From assembly GCA_977020255.1 (NCBI GenBank), contig CDROCS010002188.1:1-64000 (forward strand): 64,000 nt of DNA, written 5' to 3'. A model generated the notes under the pieces. The model had not been told where the DNA came from, made no database searches, and saw only the letters and a list, made by a program, of their open reading frames with translations. The position numbers and the translations under genes were made by a program. Origin of the DNA: Obrimoposthia wandeli (taxonomy: Eukaryota). Shown one piece after another: positions 34,851 through 50,100 of the stretch; positions within the stretch are counted from its first letter, which is position 1, and each line of letters begins with the position of its first letter.

Positions 34851-37799
34851 CTGGAGAAGGGTCAATGTTGAGTCAATAGTGAAAAATAAACTTTGGAACA
34901 AAAATGTTTCGTTCTACTATAGAAAATATGTAAGGTTACATTAGATAGTTTGAACCTCTTGATTACAAATCTGCAAACTTTTGTTTTATCTTATACATCT
35001 TGAAGTTAGATTACGATTATTATGTAAATATCCAATATCATAATAGCTAAAGATTTATATCATAGTATTTATTTATGAGTATAATTTTATTTTGTTTTAG
35101 ATTGTATGTACTGCATAACAGATTATATCTGAAGAAACCAACTCGTCATTACTATCGTTGACTCTTTGTCGAGATGTACTGATGGAATCTTTCACAGTGT
35201 TCATCAGATATTTCCCTCAAGTATTTTAGAAAGAAGTTGATAATGATGATAATGAAGTAAAAATCATTTCAGCAATAGTATACATCCCATGACATTGTAA
35301 TATTTCAGAAGATCATTTACAATCGCAATGAGATTATCTGATCTTCTTCATCTTCCTCTCCTCATTCTTCAATGTTCCCACTTGGCATTCGTATAAAATC
35401 GAACAGCATAATTGTACTCCATTTTATGCTAAGAAGAATATATTGAACCCAATTGTATTGCCCATATGAGTAGTTCTCCATGTTGTCATATTATTCGTTC
35501 ACCGAAACCATATATGCAAGCAGAAAAGCTAATTGTTAAGTTATTTGAGAGAAAAAGCTTACAAAGACGTAGGAGAAGAACGTAAATTGTACCATTTGAA
35601 TACATATGAGATACATTTGTATTGAAAAATTGTGACATGTTATACAATAATAATTGTCAGTTTCACCTTCAGCACCATCAAATTATTACATCAGCAGTAT
35701 AATTTTGAAGGTATACCCCTTAATGCCCGCTTTAATTTTTGTTGTTTAATTTATTTTTCCGACAAATAAATAATCATGACTTGAATTATACACTGAATTT
35801 TTAAACAAATTATGATTTAATAACATTAATGAATAATTCTTAATCCACATATTATTTTACATTATATTAAAGAATATCATATTAATTATCTACTGAAATA
35901 TTAACTGTTATGGAATTTTAAAACCAATTCGAATTGTAATTAAACAAGCAAATATGTGTAGTAATCAATTACCAGTCAAAATTCCCAAAACGATTAAAAC
36001 AAAGGATTTATGGAAACAGAATCTTAGCTTTAGAAAAATGGCAGAAAGTAAAGGTAAGAGCCCCAATGCTTTTTCAAAATTTATCAAAAATCTATAACAA
36101 AAATATTGAAGTCAAAATTGAACGCCAGAGTAAAACAAAGTACCAGGTTTAGTGCTCGTGTGAAACAAAAATCGTTCGGATGTCAGCTATGTAAGTATTC
36201 ACAGAATTATGAAAACATCTTATTAAAATTATTGAAAATGCTTAAACATCCGATAAGATCCAATAAGAATAAACAATCACGATTAAAATTTATCTAATCG
36301 TGTTTAAAAATTGAAAATGAACAAACGTATGAGATAATGTTTAGTGAATAAAAATGGCCCAAACAATTGTCGTTAATATTGGCGGGTTCGGATGAAAGAG
36401 ATCAAAGTATAACCCTATTGTCCAAGCTTCTTTATGCTCAAACGTTAATGTCTATCTTGTATTAATAAATTTTAGATATCAAACAAAGTGACAGTCTACA
36501 ATACATACGTACAGAGCCATTAAGCCTGAGACTAAAGCAAAGGCAATTAAAAAATTGCGAAGGTACGGCTACAAATCAGTACGTATATTAAAAGTTTCAG
36601 AGCCCTTGACTTCAGGATAATGATAAAAAAATTATCAGTATATGAATAATCGTCAATTTTTTCAAGTTGAAAGCATCTACATGTGTTCATTTGTGATCAT
36701 TTAAACAAGTTTCTTCAAGCTTTTAAAACTGAACAATTTGCGAAGGACCTGAACTAGGATAATTATTTTTGTAGCTCTTGGTTTATCTTGTAGTTTATTG
36801 GTTCTAAAAATCGCCACAACATTGTTATGAAAACGATATGTTGTGAATCAAATGATTGCTCTACTGATGATGTTAGGGATTTTTTAAGTGGAAGCTTAAG
36901 TGACGTAATGGAACAACATTCAATGATGTGTATGAGGTGTTGGACACTGATGATTGAGAGGATATACTTGACAAATAAGTTGCACCAAAGTCTATATCAC
37001 TAGCATTGTCAGCCTTAAATATGTTGTACTTTACTGAATGACATGGATATTGATTTGTCAAGAATTTTGTTCAAGAATACATAAAACATCTAAGATTTTG
37101 TTAAAATAATCTAAACTTGACAGTTTTTTTAAAAAAATAATACAAAAAAATGTTTTATATTGTTTTTGGTTTGTTGTAAATTATATTAAATACTTGCATA
37201 ATTATAATTAGAGATCGAAATTCAACAAGGTAAATTCATTTGAATACATGTCAACTCGCCCATATCTATTAATACAAATTATCCCTATCACATTGATTAA
37301 TAAAGATTTGTTTCAATGCATAAATAAATCATTTTTTAATAAAAGGTTTTGTGAAATTTATAAACAATTTTAAAAAGTGTGAATTGTTTTTTTTACAGAA
37401 AAAAAGGCTAATTAATATTTAATTTTACAAATTTTTTGTTCATTTATAAGAAGATTGTTAAACTACGGAAAGGGAATGTTCGCTCTCGCATAGTATTTTA
37501 AATAAAAAAGTTTCAGCCATTTCTGTTCCATTAATGTAGAGCATATTCAAATTTAATATTACAGAACAAATAATTTTATAATTTTGTTTAATAAAATATT
37601 ATACACAAAATCATCTCAAAATCGTAATTAAGATAATTTTAAGCCATATCATAAAAATGTAGGCATAATTAAAATTTGTTTTATTATTTTTAAAAAACAC
37701 GCAATATTGAAATCATCACCAAAGCATTTTTTGTTTAATTATATAATTAATTCAGCACAGGTCTGCAATTATATCTCAATGAAACGAGAAATATATCGG

Positions 37800-38320
37800 T
37801 TGATAAGCGATGGGCAGACAAAATGAAAATAAATTCCAATATTGAGGTGTCAATTCGGACTGTACAACGTAAAGTGAGATCATTGAATTGTGTTTATAGA
37901 AATAGTCAGATATTTGAATAATCAGAAAAAATAATTGTACGGAATGGATTTTAGGTGATGGTAAAAGTTCATTCTGATGGGATCTGACTGCTGGAGATCG
38001 TATTTCCAAGAAAACGTCAATGTATACAACAAGGAGCCATTATCCGAGGTATGGGAATGGTATTTATAATGGGTAATATATGTTTAAGTATACTCAACGG
38101 GCAACAAAATTCAAGAAAATAATTACTGACTCCAGCAAGATAATTGTTCCATTTTTATTTCGAAGGAAACCCTAAACTATGAAGCTTAAAGCAACAATGT
38201 GTATCATAAAATTAACGTTAAGACAAAATAGATACATTACCTATCCCATTAGGGTGTTGAGACATAACATTTATCCAATTCTGGGATTATTTGAACGATG
38301 AAAAGTCAACATTTTACACC
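37800..38320 (+). mobile_element. Highly degenerate Tc1/Tc3-like transposase remnant
   Basis: Traces of SDEKKFNLDGPDG (about 37955) and LQQDNCSI (about 38130). Confidence 0.45.
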
Positions 38321-40719
38321 ATATTTTCCCCATACTAGGCCACATATATCGATAAACATTTTTTATGAGTTTACAATCGCAGAAATACGGATAGAAATAT
38401 GATTATTCATCGTTAATGGTGATAAATCCGATTGGATCTCTTCAATACATTGTCGGTGGACTGATCAGTTTGGTGGTAATGATGAATACATCATTTAACC
38501 GTGATAAGTCCGCAGTCATGTACAGGGAGATTCAAATAACTGTTACAACTTCAATTCGTAGTAATTCACAAAACCCTAACGATACATTTCGTGTGTGCAA
38601 GCAAAATACTTCAAGTTGCGCGTAGGGTTTAATGCATAAATCGTGTGAGGTTTACTCTTTTTGCGTGTGAGGGTTATATATTAAGAGAGAAATAAAACCA
38701 AATAAATCTTTCACAATTTCAAGTAAGTTTTAAGCGAAATCTTCTAATGCAGGTGCCTCTTTTAAAAATGTGAAAATGTCAGTTTGTCTAAAAAAATACA
38801 AATGGAAAATTATGATCATTGGACATTTTATATGAAGACTTTCACAGGCATTGCCAGATACGAATTTTATACCACAAGCAAAGGCGTATAAATCGTTTCG
38901 TAAGTCTTAGGCCATTTGAAATCCCAATTTCTAAAATTCTTTTAAACGTTCAAATTGAAAATACTTAGAGGAAACCTTTTTTATATGTATCTGCGCAACA
39001 TCGATTTGTTTGATAATCCCCATGAAGCAAAAACCTTTCTTTTTTTAAGGATTCTTTTAACAATGTTATTTAATTATAATTATAAAGCTTTATTATAAAA
39101 GAATACTATGATATTTTAATTTTGGGAATAGTACTAGTTTGAACTTAGACGTAGTATAAAATGGAATTTCTTCTCAACTGTGCTTAGATATTTCTGCAAT
39201 TTGGAGGAGTGCTTCTGGAAGAAATGTGTGATGGAAAACTGTTCGCATCCGAAATGAAAACTGCACAAATATAAAGAAAGTTACCTACCAGTTATTCAAA
39301 CGTTCACATGGCGTCAATAATTGAATAAAACGCTGAAGGAGAACGGTCATTTTCTAAATAGAAATTAACATATATTTATTTGAATACGAGCATCAGACAA
39401 CAAAAACTATCATCATCCTTTCCATTGAAAGTGTCGTATTGAAACAAAATACTCTCGGAAATGAATTTGCCCTTAAAAGAATCGTAAAATAGAGATTCTT
39501 TGAAATGCTTCAATAAAAAAGGATATAAACATGTATTTAATTTTCTTAAGATTTCGTAGGCCCTAAGTAAAGTGCCTACTTTGCCTTTACGTCAATCCAT
39601 CCCTGATCACAAGTTTATTAGTATGTAAATTACTACAAACCTTTGCATAATATAAGGGAAATAGCGGTTTTAGGTGATATATTAATAATTGAGAGCTTAG
39701 ATAATAAAGCAAAATCGTCAACTTACCACTTCTCTGTAAGGGAGATGCAAAAGGATCGATAAAAAGTTCGCATTTAAGATATTCGGAATATAGAAAATAT
39801 CAAAATAAATTAATTCAGATATAAATGAATTTTATAATCCATTAATGTTTAAAATATACTGAAAGAAATGTATTTGAAAAGTGAAAATTTCACCAACTTT
39901 TTAGCACAAATTTTTACAAATATTTTTGAAATAAAAAGAACTTTTTTGAGGTTTATAAAATACATTTAACTTTTAAAGCATTTCACAGTATTTGTCTTTT
40001 AAAGTTGATTTTGAAATTAATTTTGAGTATGACATTTTCGTAAGATTTTCATTTATTTCCGTTAACTTTCTTCGTGCATATATTTTATTTTTTAAATAAA
40101 ATTGTACAAATAAATCTCCAAAATATATTTTTCCAAAGTTTTAACAAAAACGCATTTTTGAAATCTTTCTTTTCTTTAACCTTGATATATTATTGAACTT
40201 TTCTTTTTAAGTTTTTTAATTATTTTAACTTAATTTTGTTTTCATCTAGAACAATGTTTTAAATAACATAATAAAAATTAAATAACATATACAAGAAAAT
40301 CGCTATTTAAACAACAGTCTATAGTAGGTCCTCAAAACATGGTTTTTCTATTTTGAGAAAAGTTTCAATCGCGGGTACGAATATTTTTCAGAAAAAAGAA
40401 ACTTCGTTCCACTACAGCAGATGTTGGTTGATATAACTCAAGCCGCAGAAACGTAGCAGGTGCGATTTCTTGTCGAATGTGCTTCATTATTTATGTAATA
40501 TCGTTGTTCAATATGGATTTCTTAATATATTCTTTGATGCTAAATGATTTACAGACAAAATTCAGCACTTTCAGGTCATTAAGAGCCGTTTGAATTGCGT
40601 AATCTGTGTTTTTGGTTTTTAATACTAAAGTACTCAATATACGATACTTTGAGATTTCAATTGATATTCATTGACAAAAGTTTTAGTTTTACTTGCTTTT
40701 CTTGAGTTATTATAACTAC

Positions 40720-41610
40720 ATTACATTCAAAGTTTCCCACAATGCTTCGAACAACAGGAAGATTATTTGCGTACCACAAAGCTACTTTCAACCAAGTCGC
40801 CCGCCATTGATTGTGGCTGTTGACCCATCATTGAAAACCTAGAGCTTCTTTACCACTTGCTATTGGATCGTCCTCCAGGATAAATATCGCGAATATTCAT
40901 TGCACAATTATGTAGTAGATAACTTAACACAAAACATGTATAAATGTTGAATAAATAGTCTTTAGTACTTTTCCTCCCACATACATTTATCTAGATGGAT
41001 CCAATAATAGCACAGCAAATGCATCTCTAGGTGTACCAAGACATCGAATGGCACCATCAATACATAAACAAACAATTGTAATATTAACACTGTCAAATAA
41101 TGATACACAATCTAAGAAATATGTTATTTTCGGTCTATCAATAGATCCAACTAAAATATTGATAAATTCAGTGCTAACTGTTCCATCTACAATCATGAAT
41201 ATATCTTTTAGTATACGTAGTTCTTTCGGAAATTATTTGCTGCTACTAACTGTAGGACTCTATACCAATTGTGAACGACACTATTTTCCAATAAATATAA
41301 AGAAATTAAATACAGCAGCGTAAATTAACGTGTGCAAAGGAATATTAGCTGATAGAAATATTTCTGCTGCCTCAAATATTATGTTGGACTTACACACTGG
41401 TGAATACGACTGAAGACTTGAGTCTCCTTGTTTCTTTTGCATGTGAGGTCGATGTTCAATGACGCTACGTAATGGCATTTCTCATGTTTCACAAACGTTT
41501 TGCATAAGTTACAGAATAACGTTTCACTCGGTAACATTGAGAATTCACATTTGAAGTTCTTCATAATACGAAGACTTTTTGATTTGTTCTTCTCTGGCGT
41601 CTTTCGGCAT
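40720..41610 (-). mobile_element. Degenerate hAT-like (CGGBP1-type) transposase
   Basis: MPK..EF..LFCNLC zinc finger, FLSANIPL, IVDGT..NILVG, HNCAMNIR, RW.TWL.VALWY across several frames. Confidence 0.7.
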
Positions 41611-42729
41611 ATATAAGTATTCTAAATTCTATAAAAATTGTTTAAAAATTATTTAAACCGTGTATCGGTTTAAGCCATAAGAGTTTATAAAATAATGAAA
41701 AAATTATTTAAATTTTTTTACATTCTATTACAAAATTTCTTACAATAAATTAATTATTTACTAATTTTAGCATTATTTTTAATAATTCCTACACTTTATC
41801 CTAACCTTCAATTTTTAAACATATGTTAACGTTTTAATCAAGACACTAACTGATATATAATTACAGATTTAGGCATATAAAGTAAAAAGAACCCTTAGAA
41901 ATTTCTTAACTTTAAAAATTGCCTTACTTATTCCTTTCTATATATAAGAATAATAGTAAAATATTTATTGTTTAGATTACCCAAATGTCACCCAACTAAT
42001 TGTGAGTGTGCCACTGAATTGCTCCATAAACCAAAATGGACGCTCGTTGGAACCTTATTCGGGTCTCAAAAAGGAATGGTAGGAGATTTAATTGAGTATT
42101 GTAGCTAATGATATCAAACAAAAATAAATTACGCTGTTTCAAAATTTTGAAATTCATCAAATGTTCTAGCATGGAATACAACAAATATTAACCAGTAAAA
42201 GTACCCAAGATGTTATAATGTAAAATGAATGATAACTACTAAACAGAAATGTGACACTATAATTTTGGGTCAGGGTATATTTGCGCATCTAAGTAAAATA
42301 ATAAATCATCATGTCTTAAGCTGTATATCACCATGGTTGCAACATTATTACTAAAAGCAGTAAGTGCATATAGAAATACGGTTTCATAGAAATTTGATTA
42401 GTTTTGAGATCTTAATTCGTCGATCGTTGAAAATTTATGTATTAAGTTATTTAACTTTTTATCTACAAATAAAATTGAGGTTTCGTTTCTATATAGAGTC
42501 AATTTATCACAAGTTCAAATGCAAGCAACAAATTGTCAAAAATACAAATTAGAAAATGCATTCACATAAATTTCCTAGAATGTTATGCAATGTGCCTTTA
42601 GTGGTCATTAACAGTTTCACTTCAAAAAACTATAAATCTAATAAAATTTCATTTGAAGATTTTTAACAAATGTATTCTACTTACAATTATCATTCGTTGA
42701 ATAAATACCAAATAAAGAATGGGACTTAC

Positions 42730-42997
42730 TCTCTTCTCTGATGCTGGAGTCCACCGTGCTACGAGGTACCCGATTCTGCTTCCTGTGACCGGCCTGTCTA
42801 GCATATGATTGCTGTTTGTTTGGGGCCGCCAAATTCTGGTTGCTGCCATATTTGGCACCTCCTGCACCACCTCCGCGGTAATGGTAATAGTTGGTTCCCC
42901 GCATGTCCATGTCAAAGAGCAGGTTACCAGCCGCATCTAATCTTGGTCCCACTAACAAACGACGGCGGTTGCTTTTGCTGCCCACCAGTGGGTAGTT
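42730..42997 (-). CDS. KIF19-like tail exon
   Basis: Acceptor TTTGCTTTCGTCAG|, donor A|GTAAGT; phase 0 to 1; NYPLVG..SSIREE. Confidence 0.7.
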
Positions 42998-45248
42998 CTG
43001 ACGAAAGCAAATGGAAGCCGTTTTTTAGTTCATCCAAAAATAATAAAACATATTTTTATAGTGCCGGAATCTAGTGACCATACATTATCCCATAGCGCAT
43101 CCTAACAGGATCTCTTGGACGGGAACAATATGGTACAAGCACTATTCATAATGCTTCTTAAAGAGGGAAGTCTTCCAATAATTAAATAAATATTTATATA
43201 CTTTGCAGTCAAAAGGATTTTAGAAATATATAAAAACCAAAGAATATTTATTTGAATATTATAAAACTAAGATTTTTAAATCAATAAAATGTTTTTTCGC
43301 TTATTCAAAAATCTTTCGGTTTGAATTGCTTTACAAGTGATATCAATGAAATTTTATAAGTTGTCATAACTATCAAAATTTCAATCAAAACTTTATTATC
43401 TAGTCATTACTACTATAGAATGAAACTGTTGATCGTAGTCATCTTGTTATTTTTTTTCATTGGTTCAGCAGCAGTTTGACCAATGTTTGGTTGCTTTTTC
43501 TGGTGCAACATCAAGAACCCTTTTTCATTGACTAGAACTTACTTTACTTTTTCGTATTTTCTCCCGATTTTTGAACAACCAAAGTTAATCAACTTTAATA
43601 CGAATTTTCATTTCGGAATCCATACGCTTCATTTATGTCGTAAGTTAAGTGATTTCGCTAAAATATCATATTTATAAAATCATGACTAATATTTGTTTCT
43701 TCAACAATTTCATTAATTGTTATTCGAGGATCTTAAGTTAATAAATTTTTACTATTCGACACACTTTGATCAATTCTTTTTGCATCTGTGAAACTGGTAT
43801 CTTTGTGGTTCAAATGCTTATAAACGGTCAGAAAAAAACAAAGTTATTGAATATAAATTACTTCTTGAACTGATGTAAGCACTTCATGACATTTTGATTG
43901 ACAGAAGTACTTGCTGTTTCTAATACATAAAAAAAATTAATTATACAACATTGCACTGTAAATGGCCAATTTGCAATATTCCTGGGTTGCTTTTAATGGA
44001 CGCTTTTGCTGATAGCTGTTGTGACTCCCTATTTCAGTGTCATATAATTTGAATTTCAGTTTGAATCTCGATCTCTACCAATGCACTTTAAAGTGAAAAC
44101 TATAACTGATCCACATACATTTCTCATAAAACACATTTAGATAATTTTTTAAAGTATTTAAAATCTCAATTAAATTATTTTCATGTTTTGTTTTAAGTTT
44201 TCAGTATTTTTATAACTCTTCCAATGATGATAAGTGCAATTAAACCAACCAACAATAAGCGAATGTTTACAAATCTTGACGTGGAAAACGGCATTACAGA
44301 TAACAAGCCACCCACGAGAAGAATTCATCAACTCATATTTTAATAAGATAATTAACTAAAGGAATTAAAGAAAACTCTCTTGCAAATCCAAATGTGGCAT
44401 TATCATTTTTGAAGGATGATTTATGTGTAAATTTAAATTATGTGAAATAACTGGCCAAGATGACCAAAACAGAACATATGCATTTTTATTGTCCATGAAT
44501 GCCTCAAAACATCTCAGCTTGGTTCAATAAAAGAGTAATTCATTAATGCTGTAAATTTGCAAGTGTTGTGTAGAGAATTTATATTATACTATTCAAAACC
44601 TCACAAGGAAACATTTCGCACGGTCATAAAAAGAACTCAGTCAAATTTTAGTATATGATAAACATAATATATTGCAATATTAAAAACGTAGTTTTAGCTG
44701 CTATTTATTTAAAATAAAAAAGTTATATGTATTAAATTTTTATAAAATAAATTTTATGATTTGGTTTAATTGAAATAATTTAAATCCAAAAATTTAAGCG
44801 CACTAGTTGAAATAGTGTTGCAAGTTTTAAAATCAAATAGGAATTTGGTAAGGTTTTATTTTAAACCAATAACAATTTAATATTTTAGGTAATTAATTTT
44901 TATTTGGTATTTATTGATATAATCACGTTAGTGTTTCTATAATTTAATATATTTAAACACATTTATAAATTTCGATAACTTTTTATATATTGAAAATTAG
45001 CAGATAATGAAATTACTTTTATATGTAGAATTCATTTCATAATTTTTATACAAATTGTGAACTCCTCATTTTTATGACACCTAAAGTACGTTTTCTTGTC
45101 AGTAATAAATACACGTTCAACATAAAAATGTAAATAGTATTTGATTATAATTATTTTCATTTATCGATTTTATTTTAAATTTGGCTTTTTACTGATGGAT
45201 TTGTCAACAAAAATACTTCAATCCTGCATTGGGTTTCTGCTACCATAC

Positions 45249-45496
45249 CGGCTCCTGGGAGCGCGAGCGAGGTCCGCCCCGGTTGGCACCCGGCTCGATC
45301 AGCTGGCGCCCGCGGATGCCCGGCAGCATTGAGATCTGCTTGGTCTTGGTTGGATGTCGCGGGGGCCAGGCGGAACCTTGTTTGTTATTGCTGAGTCCTA
45401 GCTCGGTACCCGTCATATATCCGGCTTGCTTATGCATACTACTGCCACTCTCCGCTGTGCACCGCTTCTCTGCCCCACCACCGAATGAGCGATCCG
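45249..45496 (-). CDS. KIF19-like tail exon
   Basis: Acceptor CCTGCTGCAG|, donor CCG|GTATGG; phase 1 to 0; GC-rich low-complexity peptide. Confidence 0.65.
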
Positions 45497-46960
45497 CTGC
45501 AGCAGGATAGGAGCACTGAGTTACAACACCGTTTGAACCTAGAGGAGTTGCCAGAAACTCAGCCTAGTGCATTATCTGAAAGCAGTCCCTCAACTTAACC
45601 AACAAATAATGTTATACTTAAAGATTTCTATGTACTTATTTTCAACTTCTTCAGGCAATCCAAGAAATTCACAATAATTTTGTTTACAGACTTTACAAAT
45701 TTTCATTACTAATCAGCGAAAAATCAGCGAACTCAAGAAGTCTAAAACACGTCAAACAACTATATACAAAAACAATAGAATGACATGAATAACTGGTAAA
45801 ATCCTTACTAAATGACCTCTGACTTTAAAAAATAAGTTTATTAATGAAAGAAGAAAAGTCATGATGATGATAGTGCTCATGATCACGAGTTGACAATCAA
45901 TTTGAAGGCTATCAAACTCATCTTCTTGCCTCGGAATTGTACCATGTGATAAGAGTAGTATAAATAAATCTCAAAGTAGAGTCCAAAAAGTAACTTCTTC
46001 ATGAGTTTCTTTCTGTAATGAAGACAAGCAGCATATTTGAATTTAAAGTGAACATCCTCATATGTATCAGGGGGTGGCATCTACATTGAGAATGATGTCA
46101 ATCTAAAAATGTTTTATAACTGCTTCCGAAAAGATGGCTTCACCAAACAGGATTTCGAACAAGAAGAAACACCCACCCATATTTATTAAATGAACTAGGG
46201 GCGATCTTTGAAAGCTTGGTGAGAAACTTTAACTATTTTGAAAGTGAAAATATTCCAAGTGTCGATTTTTGGTTAGAATTCTCAGTATCCGACATCGTCC
46301 AAGAAATTCAAGTCAACACATACAATCAAGCAGACGATGATTAAAGCAGCGAATAGAATGAAGAAATAAAAACTACTGCATCCAATATTTTGTGAAGCAA
46401 TATTAGAGTTAACTACATTACAGCGATGTGTTGAGTCAACCGATACATTTTATAATATTAGAGTTTTTGAATCTCTAGGAAAATTAGATGCTTCTTTGTT
46501 TCAAACAGCAGCTTCCAAATCAGTGCAGGAAAATTTAACTGACTTTATGTTTGGAATTCAAGTGAATATAATATAATTTAAATTATAATCTTAATTGTTT
46601 TACACGTTATTTTTATTTAATACCCCATTATAACATACAATGCATATATTGTACAACCCGTTATAACGTACTAAAATTCGGATCCCTTATAGCGGGCTAT
46701 ACCGTATATTTTATTTTTGATTTTAATTTCATTGAAATTGAATGGGAACTTTGTTAAAAAATTATCTCAAACTCAATATAGGATGAGATCTGTTTAATGT
46801 CTTACTGTTATGAAAAGATATACATCCTAGTTATTAAACCCAGATATTTAAATCTAAAATATCAATTTTACATTAAATTCAAATAAAATTGTTTCCATAA
46901 AGACGTTCAAAAACTTATTAAAAACTCAATTTTTCCGACAAAGTTTCGCAAATGTCTCAC

Positions 46961-47124
46961 CCTCCAGTATGTTCAGAACGCGGTTGTTGAGGATCTTGAC
47001 TTGCAAACTCTCGTTATCCCAGGTGTCCGGTGAATTGGTGGGATGATGGCCAGCAATCCCACTGGAGTCAGATTCGCCCTCCGCCACCGCTCCATCTCGC
47101 AGACTCAGATTAGAGGTCATTTCG
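46961..47124 (-). CDS. KIF19-like tail exon
   Basis: Acceptor CCTGTCGCAG|, donor G|GTGAGA; phase 2 to 1; ends LQVKILNNRVLNILE. Confidence 0.7.
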
Positions 47125-50100
47125 CTGCGACAGGTGACGTCATGTAAGCCACACACCCCGAAATAGGAGAATCAACATGCATTGTTATATTTTGACAGTT
47201 CAACGAGATTAATGGACGGATATAACACAAACTGAATAAGAGATTCATTGCAGAAAGTTTCTATAATTGTGAACACCCTTAATAAAACTAAAATGATTTA
47301 ATTTGGATTGCCGTTATTACTATTTTACCATTATTTGCATTTAAAAGTTATTAATATATTCATAACAAAATCGAAAATTCAGTCAGACCTTTAAATAACG
47401 AACGATGCTATAACTGAACACAGTCTAAAATGAAGAAACATGTAAAGAAATATGACTTCTTGTGGAGATTTTCAGCATAAACCTGCATTGTCTAAATTGA
47501 AAGATGAACACAATGAACAAAGAACTACCAGAAATATATGCGTATATAAATGTACGTTGGTGTGTAAAAGGCGGGTCACAAAGAAGAGTATGTATCAGGA
47601 ACTAAGGAATTACACGAAAATATCAAAAAGACTCATTTCAATGTATCCCCCGAAAAAATACAAAGATACTTGAAACAAAATTTAAAATATAGAAACGTGA
47701 AACGAGAAGTTTATATAACGAAGATCTGAAGTGCTACAAAATTGTACTTTTAAAAATTATGCTTGAGATATCACTTTGTGCTTTGTGGTGAGTAAAAAAT
47801 TCATTTAGATGGCCCCAATTTTATAAATTCATATTATTTAAAAAACAAACCAATCATTCGTGAAATGCAGCAAAATAAAGGGGCACTTTAATTATTTGGT
47901 AATGGCAACACTAAATGGACAAAACCTAAGGCAATTTAAATTCAAATGATTTTTCAATATTCTACAAAACCACGTCATTCTTTTGAAATTAGGACTTTTT
48001 AGAGGAAATTTCTTCGTTTAAAATATGATAACGGTTCTGTGACTAAGCTCAAAAGCAGCCCAAATTGACAGATATATTTCGCCGACTAAAACTTAATTGA
48101 AAGCACTTGAAAATTTGTCAGATAAAAAAAATTGAAGAAAACGGTCGAAAAATCAGACTTGCTGATTAATATAAACAAAACAAAATCAAAAGTTTGTAGG
48201 CTCAAATCTGCCAAAAACTTTGCAGAACCTTAATCAAAGGAGATGCTAAAAATTAAATTCAATGACAAGATTCTAATGGGATTTTGAGTTCCAATAAAAA
48301 TACGGTGTAAAAAATTTTATCGTTATTATTTTTTTAGCTTAAATTTAAATGGAGTTTTTAAAAACTTAATTTGGTAAGAGAAATATAAATTAATATTAAG
48401 ATATTATGAAGAAATAGTCAGTCACTTATTTTGCTGAAATCGTTATTAGCCTTTCTTTCAATGTTGCTCACGAGTACAATTTTACGTAGGTGGCCTAAAG
48501 CAATGCTATTACTGATTAAACGTACTACTAGGAGCAAAGTTTGTTCATTTATAATTAAAAAGACTAGATTTACAAAAATTCATCTTAGAATTAGACTATA
48601 TCAGTAATGCATATTATTAAAAAATATGTTTTCTAATTAATTATGATTTGTTGATTACCATATTTTAATCCTTTCAAAGAGAAATTATATTTTTTCTTAA
48701 TAATATTGATAAAATATATACAATATAGTCAATCCTGCAGTTGAAAGTGCTACATTACATAAAATCATGGTACATTATGCTTAAATTATTAAATAAGCAT
48801 GGAAAAAAAATAACACAAGATTGAACAAATTAGAACCTTCTACAATTTGGAAATTCACATAAAGGATGCTATGCCAAAAGTTAAATTATGTCTAGAGAAA
48901 TGAAAAATAAAGTTTATTTGCAGACATGAAGAATCTAATTCAAAATCAGCTTGTAAAATGAGTATGTCAAAAAAGAGCTGAAAAGAAGGAAAAAAAGAAT
49001 GAGATGATGGTATAAAAGAAAAGTTGGTGACAACTCTATAGAAACATTTGCGCGTTTTTAACATAGATTTTTTTTCACAGTTTGAACTTTTGAATAGGAA
49101 TACAAAGCAAGGGATAAATTAACAGAGACAATAGTTGCTAAGCAAAACATGTATATATTCTATGTACAAATGGCATGCGATATTAGCTGTATCACGATAT
49201 ATTTTTTTGTATTTGAACTGAGGTTTTGTTGAACAAATGGAAAATTATGAAATACGGAACTGAGCGAACCCGTCTAAATGATAGAGGGGTTTTTAAAATA
49301 CAATTTTAATCAGGTGAATATACATGTAAAAGTTTATTTTGTTTGTATTTGTCATTGTTTTAAAAATACACACAGTTTTAAAGTGATACAACACCCTAAA
49401 TTATTCTATAAATACAATTTGGAAACATATTTACAAAAATTACATGATTGATGAAGGAAACAAAATATATGAATTGATAAATCAGTACAATTAAACTCGC
49501 TATGAATATATGATTATCTGCAGTTTCTCACTGTTATAATTTTTATATTTGGAACTCATTTGAAAGAAATTGACCAAAAATGTCTGAATACTATTAACAG
49601 ACATACGTTTCTTTTAACTTAACAAAAACAAAATTTTCCTTTAAATCGAAATGATTCAGAATTCTGGAAATAAATACTTCTTGAAAAGAAATATTTTCCA
49701 AATAAAACTCTTTAGGATTAAATATTCTTGCGATTTCTCATACGAAATAGCAACTAAGTTCGCATTACATATTTTAAATGTACCATCTTACTACAGAAAA
49801 GTACAATATATTCTGTGAGTAATTTTACAGGAAGACAATTTTATTTTTTGAAATTAAATTAAATTTTAAAACCCGAAAATATATCGTACGGGGTAGTTCA
49901 GAATCACTTCTCAACGGTGTATCAACTTATATTGAAGATTTATGAGCATTGAATCACTGTAATCTAATCTAGAAAAGATAATAGGATATGTTAAATTCTC
50001 AAAAAAGAGTCAAACAACCATTATCTTAAAATTTAAAAAAATCTTACTTCCTTTTATGCAGAGTATTATTACATTGAAATATCACAAATCGGCTAGCAGT

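Noticed and set aside
35100-36700. Moderately GC-rich patches as extra exons
   Set aside because: No phase-compatible splice pair or recognisable motif; probably decayed TE sequence.
39555-39605. hAT-like terminus (reverse complement CAGGGATGGATTG)
   Set aside because: No partner end or TSD found, and it could not be tied to the transposase remnant at 40720-41610.
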